Positions 38,576 through 48,716 of a stretch of 64,000 nucleotides of DNA are shown piece by piece. How positions within the stretch are numbered: position 1 is the stretch's first letter; each line of letters starts with the position of its first letter. Origin of the DNA: a virus; IMG/VR virus record IMGVR_UViG_3300032291_002550, positions 436 through 64,435 of that record. One strand, 5' to 3'. The notes under the pieces are model-generated. The model ran no database searches. It had not been told where the DNA came from and worked only from the letters and a program-made list of their open reading frames with translations. The position numbers and the translations under genes were made by a program.

Positions 38576-39115
38576 ATGATAAGTTTATCAATATTAGCTA
38601 CTGAAATATATCAAAAACTAGGAAAGAAATATCCTAATATAAACGAGCGTAAAAAAGCTACTAAAGATTATATATTAACAGAAATAACGCAATGGGGTAT
38701 TAAACAATCTTCCTTTGCATCAGGAGATATTTTATCTTTCAGGCCTGCAGAATTTAAAGGTACAGCTGACAGCAGTCCATTTGAAGTAAGATTAATTTAC
38801 GATTATGATGATAATTTTTGGGAATTAAAGTTTGGAAATTTAAATGCACCTGATGATGAAACACAATTTGGGTGGGCTCATGAAGATCCATATAAACTTC
38901 AAAAAGCTTTATTTTTACAAAATGTATTAAATAAAGAAATTGTTCCGCTTTTTAACGACCCAGAATTCATAGGTATTAGATTTGCTCCGTACGATGGAGA
39001 CGGATTAGCAGACCAACGATTAAGTTATTTTCAGAACATGTTTAATAAGTTAGATAAAGGCAAATTCAATATTAAAAAGTTCGAAGATACCTTTTATATA
39101 ACTAAAAAAGTATAA
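38576..39115 (+). CDS. Hypothetical protein
   Basis: 179-aa ORF. Confidence 0.45.
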   Translation: MISLSILATEIYQKLGKKYPNINERKKATKDYILTEITQWGIKQSSFASGDILSFRPAEFKGTADSSPFEVRLIYDYDDNFWELKFGNLNAPDDETQFGWAHEDPYKLQKALFLQNVLNKEIVPLFNDPEFIGIRFAPYDGDGLADQRLSYFQNMFNKLDKGKFNIKKFEDTFYITKKV

Positions 39116-39151
39116 TCAAATTAATAAAAAATTTTAATGTATTGTAAATTA

Positions 39152-39175
39152 GGGACTTAGGTCCCTTTTTTACTT
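39152..39175 (+). terminator. Rho-independent terminator
   Basis: agggac-ttag-gtccct followed by ttttttac. Confidence 0.75.
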
Positions 39176-39190
39176 TTTGATTGTTTATTT

Positions 39191-39229
39191 GAATTGTTTT
39201 CCTTATCTTTAAGTATAATAAGAAATAAT
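39191..39229 (+). promoter_or_regulatory. Conserved intergenic element, copy 5 (3' half only)
   Basis: ttttccttatctttaagtataataagaaataat, directly after the terminator and before the ATG at 39230. Confidence 0.5.
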
Positions 39230-39433
39230 ATGATATCTTCGAACTTTTTACAAATAGCTACAATGTTTAGCAACTCATTTATCGGCATTAACGATTATCA
39301 GAATGATTGGAAAGAAAGAATAAAACAGCAATGGCAAGAATCTAAATCTTTGCCTAGAAAACAAAAAAAAGCTAAAAGAAAGGAATTGAACCTGGATTGG
39401 AGCATTGCTAATTATAACCCGTTTAATTTTTAA
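39230..39433 (+). CDS. Small hypothetical protein. Start corrected to 39230
   Basis: MISSNFLQIATMF... The track ORF starts inside the conserved element. Confidence 0.4.
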   Translation: MISSNFLQIATMFSNSFIGINDYQNDWKERIKQQWQESKSLPRKQKKAKRKELNLDWSIANYNPFNF

Positions 39434-39668
39434 AGATATGGAATCTTTTAAGTATTTAAAAACTTATCAAAAACAATTAATAATAACAGTATCTACTTAT
39501 TTTATATTGTATATAAGTAAAACATTTATTATGTGGGAATTTGAAAATCCATTTAAATGGTTAATAGAAATGCCTACATATTCAGTAGGTGCGAGATTTG
39601 TAATATTACTTAGTTATAGTATATATCATAGTGTAGTATATGCGTTTATAAAATGCTTTGAACCTTAA
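39405..39668 (+). CDS. Small membrane protein
   Basis: 87 aa, hydrophobic. Confidence 0.4.
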   Translation: MLIITRLIFKDMESFKYLKTYQKQLIITVSTYFILYISKTFIMWEFENPFKWLIEMPTYSVGARFVILLSYSIYHSVVYAFIKCFEP

Positions 39669-39680
39669 ATTAAAAATAAT

Positions 39681-39938
39681 ATGATAACAATAATAATAAT
39701 TTTAGCAGTATACTTACTGTCAGCGTATGCATCTTATAAATTTACGCAAATAGCGCACTTTCATGAAAATGGGAGGTTTAATAATCTCGAGCCTGAATTT
39801 GATGATTTACTTATCACTTTTATGCCAATTGTAAATACAATATTAGCTATAGTATTCTGGATTGACTCTCCATACAGAAAATCAGAGTCTAACAGAATAT
39901 CCAATTTTTTCAAACCAAAAAATAAACAAATAAACTAA
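39681..39938 (+). CDS. Small membrane protein
   Basis: 85 aa, hydrophobic. Confidence 0.4.
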   Translation: MITIIIILAVYLLSAYASYKFTQIAHFHENGRFNNLEPEFDDLLITFMPIVNTILAIVFWIDSPYRKSESNRISNFFKPKNKQIN

Positions 39939-39945
39939 ATCAATT

Positions 39946-40428
39946 ATGCAATTAAAATTAAACTCATGGTACGTACAATTATGGAATTATACTTACCCAG
40001 AAACAGTCCCAAACAATTTATGTCCTTTATTTTGGAAATTAGTAATAGCAATATTGTTATTTCCTATTAATATTGTATTACGAATTCCTGTTAATATAAT
40101 GAACTTATTCACTAAAAACAAAGTAGAGCGCGGCGATGCTAGATCTGGTATAGGATTTGGTATTTATGCAATAATTATTGGAACAGCATTTATATTAACT
40201 TGTTTATATAACTATATTTTATGGGCAATTAATGCTTATAGTTATGATAACGGATGCGCGTCTTTAGGCGGACTATTTTTAGTAGTTGGGGCATTCTTTA
40301 TTATTAGACATTATTGGTTAACGTATAATACAGGTTATAAAATAGAACATACAGTATCAAATAATATAGTAGTAAATTATACTAAATCTTGGTATGAAAA
40401 TCATTGCCCTAAAATTAATTGGAAGTAA
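39946..40428 (+). CDS. Membrane protein (4 TM)
   Basis: 160 aa, hydrophobic. Confidence 0.4.
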   Translation: MQLKLNSWYVQLWNYTYPETVPNNLCPLFWKLVIAILLFPINIVLRIPVNIMNLFTKNKVERGDARSGIGFGIYAIIIGTAFILTCLYNYILWAINAYSYDNGCASLGGLFLVVGAFFIIRHYWLTYNTGYKIEHTVSNNIVVNYTKSWYENHCPKINWK

Positions 40429-40508
40429 ATAGTATATATTAGTTATACGAACGTATAAAGTATTTCACTAAGTTGTTAGATAATTATAAAAAATAATCTA
40501 ATAATTTA

Positions 40509-42386
40509 ATGAAATACTTTTTTACTCTCGGGCTGATCTTACTAACCTCTGTAATTTTCGCTCAAACATGCCCTACACCTAACGGCAACTCAATCATTAT
40601 CAAACCAACATATTCAGTTGGAAGCTCAATAGCAAATGAGTCAAATTCCATTCTTTGCTATAACAACACATCAGCAACAAAAATTACTGCGTTACAGTTT
40701 AGAATAACGTATGATACCGTTGCATTTACAAACCCTTCAGTTAGTTTAACATTAACAGACACTAGTAATCATTATCTTCAATATTATGTTGATAATGGTA
40801 ATATTACTATTACAACAGTGTATGACGGACAAGATGCTAATTACACTTATCCTTCAGGAGAATTAATCAAAGTTAATTTTAAACATTCTAATCCTTCTAC
40901 ATTCCAATACTTAACTGGGATTCAACCTTTAGCATTTAATTTATCTTATCCTACATTAGCTTCAACGAGCACCGGTAAAGATACAGTATTAACTAAATTT
41001 AATGCTGGTGGACAATTTATCAGACCTAGCATTCAATTTTCTGGAACATTTAAAAACGTAACAGGAACATATTCTAAAAAGATATTAGTTGGATTCTGGA
41101 AGCAACCTAAATCAGGTGGTAATTGGACATTAGTAGATGTTGATACAACAGATAAAGATGGTAAATTCTTATTCAAACCAATTATAGATACTACATATTG
41201 GACTTGTAAAATCGAAGTTAAAGGAGATACATTAAAATATGGTAATGTAGTTTCTACAGCAGATGCTCAGAAAGTAAATAGATTTGTATTAGGAATTGAA
41301 TCTCCAAAAGATTTTGATTTTTATACAGCAGATCCTAATAACTCAGGAAATATTTCAATTTCCGATGTATATACTATCTTTAATAGAATTGCAGGAAGAT
41401 TTAATAGTTTTTCAGTGCCTGATGTAAGATTCTTTACTGAATCAGAATATCTTGCAATCAAAGGAGAACCAACTACTAATTACACTCAAATGATTCCTGG
41501 CGTAACTAATTATTCATATACAATAATAACAGGAGTTGATTCTATAACAGTATATGTTTTAGTAACAGGAGATGCAAATGAAACAGGATATCAAATGGCT
41601 AAATTATCTCCTATAAAAATAACTAATCCATTAAATTCTCCAAACTTTATTATAGATCAAACTACAGAATACTATGCTAATTTAGATGAAATGGAAATTA
41701 AATTACCGACATTAAATGTTGAAGAAGGTAATTTAGTAAATATTCCAATACAAGTATTAACTAATGGTCAATCTTTAGGAGCTGTACAATTATCAATGAA
41801 ATATGACAGCGATTTATTAGAATTCAAAGGAGTAGCTTCAAAAGGAGCTACTTCTAACTGGATGTCATTTATAAATGCTAATAATAATGAAGTTGAATGG
41901 GGCGGTGTAGATATGAGTGAACAAAATAAAATTATTGACGGTCAAGAAGTAGCTGTATTACAGTTTATTGCTAGAAGACCTAAAATGGATTGGTCAGCAT
42001 CACCATTATATGTAACTCGTAAGTTTGTTGGAAATGCTGTAGCTAAAGATTTAAGCATTAGACCTACAGACGGAAGAATTGAAGTTCTTAAGACAGTTTT
42101 AAAGTCTGAAAAATTAAAAGATATTAATATCTTAATTTATCCTAATCCAACATCAGGTATTGTATCAGTTCAGTTTAGTGTACCTGAAAATAACTATACA
42201 TCAGTATACTTTATTGATTTAAATGGAAACAAAGTAGCTAATATCGTTAACGAGAAAATGCCAAAAGGAGAATACAGATATACAGCTAATCTTTCATCAT
42301 TACCTACTAATGCATATTTAGCAGTTATGGAATGTGACGGTAAAGTAATTGCAAGTACGAAAGTATTAAATGGGACAGTACTATAA
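40509..42386 (+). CDS. Secreted protein with a type IX secretion system (T9SS) C-terminal sorting domain
   Basis: Flavobacterial signal peptide (...VIFAQ). C-terminal ~85 aa INILIYPNPTSGIVSVQF...VYFIDLNGNKVANIV...KGEYRYTANLSSLPTNAYLAV matches the Por_Secre_tail (type A CTD) pattern. Confidence 0.7.
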   Translation: MKYFFTLGLILLTSVIFAQTCPTPNGNSIIIKPTYSVGSSIANESNSILCYNNTSATKITALQFRITYDTVAFTNPSVSLTLTDTSNHYLQYYVDNGNITITTVYDGQDANYTYPSGELIKVNFKHSNPSTFQYLTGIQPLAFNLSYPTLASTSTGKDTVLTKFNAGGQFIRPSIQFSGTFKNVTGTYSKKILVGFWKQPKSGGNWTLVDVDTTDKDGKFLFKPIIDTTYWTCKIEVKGDTLKYGNVVSTADAQKVNRFVLGIESPKDFDFYTADPNNSGNISISDVYTIFNRIAGRFNSFSVPDVRFFTESEYLAIKGEPTTNYTQMIPGVTNYSYTIITGVDSITVYVLVTGDANETGYQMAKLSPIKITNPLNSPNFIIDQTTEYYANLDEMEIKLPTLNVEEGNLVNIPIQVLTNGQSLGAVQLSMKYDSDLLEFKGVASKGATSNWMSFINANNNEVEWGGVDMSEQNKIIDGQEVAVLQFIARRPKMDWSASPLYVTRKFVGNAVAKDLSIRPTDGRIEVLKTVLKSEKLKDINILIYPNPTSGIVSVQFSVPENNYTSVYFIDLNGNKVANIVNEKMPKGEYRYTANLSSLPTNAYLAVMECDGKVIASTKVLNGTVL

Positions 42387-42408
42387 TTATATATAAATCA
42401 ATAAATTT

Positions 42409-42753
42409 ATGTCAGAAGAAACAGAAAACCACAATGATGGTACATGGAGCGGTCTAAAAAAGACTCTTATCGGTACATTATCAACAGCAGTACTTGGAGC
42501 AGGTACATGGCTAACTACAACATTCTTTACTCCTCAAACAGAGTCTAAAGAAGAAACTAAAACAGAGCAAGTAGCCCCAGCACCTGCAGCAGCTCCGGTA
42601 GTTATTAACTTATCTAATAACAACGAGCAAAAGCAATCTTCAGCGCCAGCTACTACAACTATTATTAAAGAAAGAGTAATAGAGAAACAAGCTCCTAAAG
42701 AAGAAAAGAAGAAAGAAGAAAAACCTAAAGAAGAAGAAGAAGCTCCTTGGTAA
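42409..42753 (+). CDS. Membrane-anchored low-complexity protein (Pro/Ala/Glu/Lys-rich)
   Basis: One TM, then AAPVVINLSNNNEQKQ...KEEKKKEEKPKEEEEA. Confidence 0.4.
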   Translation: MSEETENHNDGTWSGLKKTLIGTLSTAVLGAGTWLTTTFFTPQTESKEETKTEQVAPAPAAAPVVINLSNNNEQKQSSAPATTTIIKERVIEKQAPKEEKKKEEKPKEEEEAPW

Positions 42754-42754
42754 T

Positions 42755-43036
42755 ATGAAAACACCAATTACATTTAAAGAATGGATTCAAGACTTATTCA
42801 AAGATGAACGTGGTCAAGCATCTATCAAACCAGTAATTGCTTTGATAGGTACAATATTCTTATGCGTAACAATGGCAATTAATTCATTATCACAAAAGGA
42901 TTTTAATCCAAACTCAGAATTAGTTTATGCTGTTATGGCTATAACAATTGCTGGTATGGGGTCAGATACATTAGATAAGTTTTCTTTTAAGAAAAAAGAC
43001 AATTCAGATCAATCAGAACAACAAAAACAAGTTTAA
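42755..43036 (+). CDS. Small membrane protein
   Basis: 93 aa with 2 TM. Confidence 0.4.
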   Translation: MKTPITFKEWIQDLFKDERGQASIKPVIALIGTIFLCVTMAINSLSQKDFNPNSELVYAVMAITIAGMGSDTLDKFSFKKKDNSDQSEQQKQV

Positions 43037-43041
43037 CAACA

Positions 43042-43425
43042 ATGGCAAAAATTAAAGAAGTGATAGAAAATATCACGGAGCCAATATTAGGCTCAGAAAT
43101 TAAAAATGTAGATGAAAAAAACAGATTCTACTTTATGCTTCAACAAATGCAAAATAACAGATGGAAAATTACGGGTATCGTATTATTTTTATTCTTCTTT
43201 ATTATTGCAGGTATCAATTCAGCAGTATTTTTTGGTGTAAGCATCGAAGAATCTTGGAAAGAAATGCTTCTTATATTATTAGGAGCGTTTGTTGGAAATT
43301 TAAATAAAGTAATTGATTATTGGTTTAATTCAGAAGATAGAGATAAGATGCTAATCGCTAAGGTAGATGAAGAAGATGATTCTATTGATGAGATTATTGC
43401 TAAAAGAAATTCTCCAGCACAATAA
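43042..43425 (+). CDS. Small membrane protein
   Basis: 127 aa with 2 TM. Confidence 0.4.
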   Translation: MAKIKEVIENITEPILGSEIKNVDEKNRFYFMLQQMQNNRWKITGIVLFLFFFIIAGINSAVFFGVSIEESWKEMLLILLGAFVGNLNKVIDYWFNSEDRDKMLIAKVDEEDDSIDEIIAKRNSPAQ

Positions 43426-43427
43426 AA

Positions 43428-44117
43428 ATGAAAAAACTTTTAATGGGTATCACTATCCTGGCTTTATTGTCAGGATGTGGTACAACCAAAACAGAAACTT
43501 ATCAAGCAGAATTTGAAAAGAAACAATCAATTACTGTAGTAAGTGACTATGATGGTAAATCAATACCCGTTCAAATATTATCTATTGGTATTAATGAGAA
43601 TATATTAAGTTCTTATCCAATGCTAAAAGAAAAGAATGTTGGATTAGGTGTTACTAATATTGCTTTAGATTACTTAGAAGGAACAAATCGTTTTGAGTTT
43701 ACTGAAGACAAAGAAGAAATTAAACTTAAAATGGTAAAGCAATTTCAAGCAAGTGCAAAAGGCTTTACTGAAAATAAATTAGATGGCAAGGGAAAGATTA
43801 AACTAGCGAAATATTTTGTATATATCGAAGTTTATGATTTTTCTGTCGATGAACAAGAAACATATGTTGCGGGCAAAAAACAATTACAAGTGACTACAAG
43901 ATTAGGCTTACAAATAAGATTTGTAGATGCTGAAACTAGTCAAATTAGAGTTGGTTCAGGATTAGGAGAAGCTACGCAATATGGACAATCATTTTTGAAA
44001 TCTCTTGATATGAAATTTGCCCAATCAACTGTGGGAATTTCAACAAGAAAAGCTTTAGAGACAGGATGCTCTAGAGTAGTTTCAAAAATGATTAAAGATG
44101 GAATATTCGAAAAATAA
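43428..44117 (+). CDS. Lipoprotein (weak CsgG-like resemblance)
   Basis: Lipobox LLSGCGT. 229 aa. Confidence 0.45.
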   Translation: MKKLLMGITILALLSGCGTTKTETYQAEFEKKQSITVVSDYDGKSIPVQILSIGINENILSSYPMLKEKNVGLGVTNIALDYLEGTNRFEFTEDKEEIKLKMVKQFQASAKGFTENKLDGKGKIKLAKYFVYIEVYDFSVDEQETYVAGKKQLQVTTRLGLQIRFVDAETSQIRVGSGLGEATQYGQSFLKSLDMKFAQSTVGISTRKALETGCSRVVSKMIKDGIFEK

Positions 44118-45342
44118 AATACTTTTTATTATTTTAATTTTATGTATGATAAGTGGGTTGAGTGTAAAAGCTCAATCCATTTCATACTCTTATATCGACC
44201 CATGTACCAAAAAAACTAAAAATATTAATGTTTCTAACATTAATGGGTCTTTACCAATTGTAATGAATTATTACGGGCAAGTAAGAGCATTTACACCGAC
44301 AGAACTTCAAAATGGTACTTTTGATAATTGGGCTAATTCAGTATATAATGATTATGGAAAAGGAAATCCATGTGAACAAATAGGAATTCAAACAATTACA
44401 ACTAACGTATTAAATATAACTAATAATATAGTTAATAATGTCGTTTCATTAGGCTCAATGTTAACTTCAATAACATCAACAGGAGTTAGTTCTGTTCCTA
44501 CCGACGTTCCAACAGATTCTAAGAATGGGTCTAATGGTACCACATCTACTGATAAACCTGAAGGTGGTTCTGGAAATGGAGGTAGTGGTGGTTCTGGGGG
44601 TAATGTAGAAAATAAAGAAGAAAAGAAAGATGTGGAGCAGAAACAAGAAGAAGAAAAGAAAGACGCTGCTCAATCATCTGCGAAAACTACCAGCAAAGCC
44701 GTATCTAAATCAGATAAGCCATCTATTATGTTAACTGCTGATTTAGTAGGAATGCAATCTGCAGCAGATAAAACTCAAGACGCTAAAGCAACAATGTCTT
44801 ATATTAGAATATCTGGAAATAAAAAAACATCATTAGGTATATCGACAGACTTTACAGTAAATGCTAATATAGGAAATATAACAGTATTTAGATCTTGGAT
44901 GACTCAAAAAACGGCCCGTAAACATATAGATTTAATTTCTAATAGTATATCATTATTACCAAATAGCTATAGTAATACATTAGTATTTATAAGAATAGAT
45001 AACGTAAAGAAATTTACCGGATTGTATGGAGCTGGATGTATGTATGGATCTTTATATAATGAATCATTAACTTCTTTATTAGCATTAGGAGGTGGAATGT
45101 ATAAAGGACAATTAACTAAAAAGGTTGATGCGGTATTTATATTAGTAGCGGTATATGTTCCTTATACAAAATATTACACTGAAAATATATTGGAATCAAA
45201 ACCATTAATACTACCATTTATGAATATAAATTATAAACTAACTAAATCCTTTAGATTTGGATTAACGGGCGGAACTACATATTCAGTAAATGAACAAGTA
45301 ATAAATTATCAAGTATTATTTGGAGCTAAATTAACGTTATGA
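44098..45342 (+). CDS. Secreted protein with a Gly/Ser-rich linker and a possible C-terminal beta-barrel
   Basis: Signal peptide ...SVKAQ. GSGNGGSGGSGG linker. C-terminal alternating hydrophobic strands. Confidence 0.45.
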   Translation: MEYSKNKILFIILILCMISGLSVKAQSISYSYIDPCTKKTKNINVSNINGSLPIVMNYYGQVRAFTPTELQNGTFDNWANSVYNDYGKGNPCEQIGIQTITTNVLNITNNIVNNVVSLGSMLTSITSTGVSSVPTDVPTDSKNGSNGTTSTDKPEGGSGNGGSGGSGGNVENKEEKKDVEQKQEEEKKDAAQSSAKTTSKAVSKSDKPSIMLTADLVGMQSAADKTQDAKATMSYIRISGNKKTSLGISTDFTVNANIGNITVFRSWMTQKTARKHIDLISNSISLLPNSYSNTLVFIRIDNVKKFTGLYGAGCMYGSLYNESLTSLLALGGGMYKGQLTKKVDAVFILVAVYVPYTKYYTENILESKPLILPFMNINYKLTKSFRFGLTGGTTYSVNEQVINYQVLFGAKLTL

Positions 45343-46472
45343 AAAAATGTCTATGTATCTTATTCTTAATAATATCATCTTTTATTAATGCTCAGAACTT
45401 TTCTCAATCGGGGACTGTGTACGGGATTAATAATATAGGAATATCTAATATTAGAATACAACTTTGGAAACGAACAGTATCTACTTCTATTGTAAGTAAT
45501 TTAACTACAAAAGTATTTTCAACTCATAATGGAAATGGAAGTACTTCTCAATATGCTAATTATCCGACATCCTTAACAGAAATGGATAAATGCTTTAATA
45601 CATCATTTAGCAATACTATCTTAAGATGGTCCGGGACTTTATCTTCTAGTATAGTATTAAATTGGAGTAGTTGGAGCACTTTATCATCTAACGGAGTAAC
45701 TGTACCTAATAACGGAGAATATTTTTCTACAGAAGTAACAGGTACCTTTGTTCCTGCAGAATCTGGTACTTATACATTTGGTATAAATTCAGATGATGGA
45801 TCTGATTTATTAATAAACGGAGTATTGGTAAAATCATTTTATGGCGGACATGGTATGAGTGGATATCAATATGGAACTATTAACTTAGTTGCTGGAACTC
45901 AATATACCTTTAAAGCTAGAATGCAAGAATATGGAGGAGGCGAAGGATTAGCTGTTGTATGGAAACGACCATCCCAATCTACTTATTCACTTCAAGTAGC
46001 TGAATTAGGAACAACCACTATAAATACATCTGCATGGACTTTAGATACTACAGTATTAACTAATGCATTAGGAAATTATAATATATCAAGACCATCATTA
46101 GCAACAAATGAATGGAGAATAATATTAGACACATTATCAATACCTGCTCCACAAAGAATTAATGTTTTAGATAATACTAATCTTATATTTAATAAAAGAA
46201 CTATTAACGGAGCTGATTATTTTAGATATGATTTAAATACTGATAATAATTTCTCAGTATCAGATATTTATTTACAAATAAAGAAGCGTAGAGGATTAAT
46301 TTGGTCGGTACCGAATTATAGAATATACACACAAACAGATCATTCTATAATTAGAACATCAATTTTAAACTTAAGATCAACATACCCAGGGACGCAATCA
46401 TTTACAACATCTACATTAACAAATAGTGGAATAACTAACTTTTATATTATAAGAACAGGATATGACAATTAA
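45339..46472 (+). CDS. Secreted PA14-domain protein
   Basis: Signal ...FINAQ. GTFVPAESGTYTFGINSDDGSDLLINGVLV matches the PA14 core pattern. Confidence 0.5.
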   Translation: MKKCLCILFLIISSFINAQNFSQSGTVYGINNIGISNIRIQLWKRTVSTSIVSNLTTKVFSTHNGNGSTSQYANYPTSLTEMDKCFNTSFSNTILRWSGTLSSSIVLNWSSWSTLSSNGVTVPNNGEYFSTEVTGTFVPAESGTYTFGINSDDGSDLLINGVLVKSFYGGHGMSGYQYGTINLVAGTQYTFKARMQEYGGGEGLAVVWKRPSQSTYSLQVAELGTTTINTSAWTLDTTVLTNALGNYNISRPSLATNEWRIILDTLSIPAPQRINVLDNTNLIFNKRTINGADYFRYDLNTDNNFSVSDIYLQIKKRRGLIWSVPNYRIYTQTDHSIIRTSILNLRSTYPGTQSFTTSTLTNSGITNFYIIRTGYDN

Positions 46473-46908
46473 ATCATTATTATTCGGATTATTATTACTT
46501 CCGATATTTTCATTCGGGCAATGTATACATATTGACTCAGTTTATAATAAAACTGAATTAAAATCAATAGAAAATAGAAATGTATTATTCGGAGTTAAAC
46601 AAATAACGGAAGATTTATTACAAGAAAAAGGTTATGATATTTGTCCTAATCAAGGGTTAAATGTTAATATAGAAATAGTTTATATTGGATTACCGGAAAA
46701 TACTTTAAGAATTGCTGGTTTTGCTCTTCAAAACAAAATCACAGAAATAAAGGTAAATATAATTATCGATAAACAAGTTAAAGAAGGAACAGGCACATAC
46801 AAAACATCTACAAATGCTATGATGCTTGAAATTAACGAAGACGTTCCATTTAAACAAACAGTTCTTTCTAATGCAATTAAGTTAGCTCTTATTGATGCGT
46901 TAAAATAA
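46462..46908 (+). CDS. Secreted small protein
   Basis: Signal peptide ...FSFGQ. 148 aa. Confidence 0.45.
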   Translation: MTIKSLLFGLLLLPIFSFGQCIHIDSVYNKTELKSIENRNVLFGVKQITEDLLQEKGYDICPNQGLNVNIEIVYIGLPENTLRIAGFALQNKITEIKVNIIIDKQVKEGTGTYKTSTNAMMLEINEDVPFKQTVLSNAIKLALIDALK

Positions 46909-46912
46909 AGTA

Positions 46913-47293
46913 CTACTTTTTCTTAATAATAAATAATATACTCCAAAACAGTTCAAATGTAACGCCAAATACTATATAATATAGTATAACATCTAATACT
47001 GGGTTTATTATTGGTACGTAGCACGTTATTCCTACGTATAACAGCACTAACATTATACTCTTGGTTAAGTGCCATAAATCAGTAATCGCACATAATATGG
47101 ACGTAGAAAAGGGGAAAATGGGGCCTTGATTAGGGTCTCCATTCTTATATTTATTTCTCCATGACACAGAAGGGTCGATATACCACTTAAGTTGTACAAA
47201 TTTACTGAAAATTGACAAATTAAAACGATATGTAATTACGTCCATAATAGCATTACAAATTGCTGCTAGAAATATAAAAATTAATGTTAACAT
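46913..47293 (-). CDS. Integral membrane protein (4 TM); the only minus-strand gene in the window
   Basis: 126-aa hydrophobic ORF on the minus strand that does not overlap any + strand gene. Confidence 0.5.
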   Translation of the reverse strand: MLTLIFIFLAAICNAIMDVITYRFNLSIFSKFVQLKWYIDPSVSWRNKYKNGDPNQGPIFPFSTSILCAITDLWHLTKSIMLVLLYVGITCYVPIINPVLDVILYYIVFGVTFELFWSILFIIKKK

Positions 47294-47306
47294 TTTTTAA
47301 GTTTTA

Positions 47307-47338
47307 TTAGGAAATACGATATTTTTTATTTATAATTA
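47307..47338 (+). promoter_or_regulatory. Conserved intergenic element, partial copy (5' half) in a divergent intergenic region
   Basis: attaggaaatacgatattttttatttataatt, before the ATG at 47343. Confidence 0.4.
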
Positions 47339-47342
47339 TGAA

Positions 47343-48308
47343 ATGGCAATAATAAATAAGATTTTAAAAACGACGAATTCGTTAAACATTAATGATTCGA
47401 CAAAAAAGAAAATATCATTTTCGCAATATTCAAAGTGGGCAAAATGTCCTAGAAGCTGGAAACTTAGTTACATTGATAAAATAAAGGTATTTAAGCCATC
47501 GATGGCTCTCACGTTCGGAACTTCATTCCACGAAACTCTTCAACATTATCTTAAAGTACTTTATGATGAATCTGTTAAAAAAGCGGATGGAATAAATCTT
47601 CATGAAATGCTTCAAGAACAAATGATGAATAACTATGCATTAGATGTTATGAATAATAATAATGTACATTTTTCTAATCCTGAAGAAATAAAGGAATATT
47701 GGAATGATGGATGTGAAATATTAGATTATATCCGTAAACATCGTTTAGAGTATTTTTCTACTAAAGGAATGGAACTTGTTGGAATTGAACTTCCTTTATT
47801 AATTCAAGCTTCTGAAACCAATGAAAATGTAATGTATCTCGGCTATTTAGATGTAGTAATGTATGATAAGGTCTTAGATAAGATTATTATATACGATATT
47901 AAAACATCTACTAAAGGATGGACAGATAAAGAAAAGAAAGATAAGATTAAAACATCTCAAGTAATCTTATATAAAAAATACTTTTCAGAACTATTAGATT
48001 TCCCGATAGATAAAATTAACGTAATATTTTGGATTGTAAGAAGAAAGATATGGGAGAACCCGGATAATCCATTTATTAGAACAAAGCGCATACAAGAATT
48101 TATTCCTACTGCGGGTTCGAAAACATTAAAAGACGTAACTCGTAATGTTAATACATTTATTTCGAGCTGTTTTAATAAAGATGGAAGTTATAATAATGAA
48201 GCAACTTATCCAGCAATAAAAGGCGTGGATTCTGATCACTGCCGTTGGTGCGAATACAAAAATCACGAATCATGTCCAGCATCAGAACGTATAACAGCAT
48301 TAAATTAA
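47343..48308 (+). CDS. PD-(D/E)xK nuclease of the RecB/Cas4 family with a C-terminal Fe-S cysteine cluster
   Basis: GYLDVVMYD...IYDIKTSTK (D...D-x-K core). C-terminal CRWCEYKNHESC plus an upstream Cys (Cas4-like 4Cys). Confidence 0.6.
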   Translation: MAIINKILKTTNSLNINDSTKKKISFSQYSKWAKCPRSWKLSYIDKIKVFKPSMALTFGTSFHETLQHYLKVLYDESVKKADGINLHEMLQEQMMNNYALDVMNNNNVHFSNPEEIKEYWNDGCEILDYIRKHRLEYFSTKGMELVGIELPLLIQASETNENVMYLGYLDVVMYDKVLDKIIIYDIKTSTKGWTDKEKKDKIKTSQVILYKKYFSELLDFPIDKINVIFWIVRRKIWENPDNPFIRTKRIQEFIPTAGSKTLKDVTRNVNTFISSCFNKDGSYNNEATYPAIKGVDSDHCRWCEYKNHESCPASERITALN

Positions 48309-48317
48309 TAAAAAAGG

Positions 48318-48360
48318 TTGGAAATATGAAATGTATTCATTATCTTTAAGTATAATAAAT
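48318..48360 (+). promoter_or_regulatory. Conserved intergenic element, copy 6
   Basis: ttggaaatatgaaatgtattcattatctttaagtataataaat. Mini-ORF MKCIHYL*. Confidence 0.6.
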
Positions 48361-48600
48361 ATGACAATAAAAGAAAAAGAAATTGTAGAACAAGCTGAAA
48401 ATATTGTAAAAAAGTTTAATAAAATGTATCCAGTTGGAAGTATAGTAATGCACAGAGATAATAATATAAATGGAGTTAATTTTATAGAAAAAAAGGTAAA
48501 ATCAAAAGCATTTATTAGCGAAAGATTTGGTCCTTGTGTTTATTTCGAAGGTACGATTATATCTTCAATTGAAGAAGGTTATGTATTTTACAATAACTAA
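48361..48600 (+). CDS. Small hypothetical protein. Start corrected to 48361
   Basis: MTIKEKEIVEQ... directly after the element. Confidence 0.45.
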   Translation: MTIKEKEIVEQAENIVKKFNKMYPVGSIVMHRDNNINGVNFIEKKVKSKAFISERFGPCVYFEGTIISSIEEGYVFYNN

Positions 48601-48716
48601 ACGAATTTTAAAACGCTAACTACTAGCAAGTTAAAAAATAAATAAACTTTTATTTTGGTAATACGATTAGTAATACTATTTTTGAGGCAGATAATAAGAA
48701 AATAAACAATTTAAAC

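Noticed and set aside
43428-44117. Lipoprotein as a CsgG curli-secretion homologue
   Set aside because: Only the lipobox, size and a vague central resemblance support this, so it was downgraded to a generic lipoprotein.
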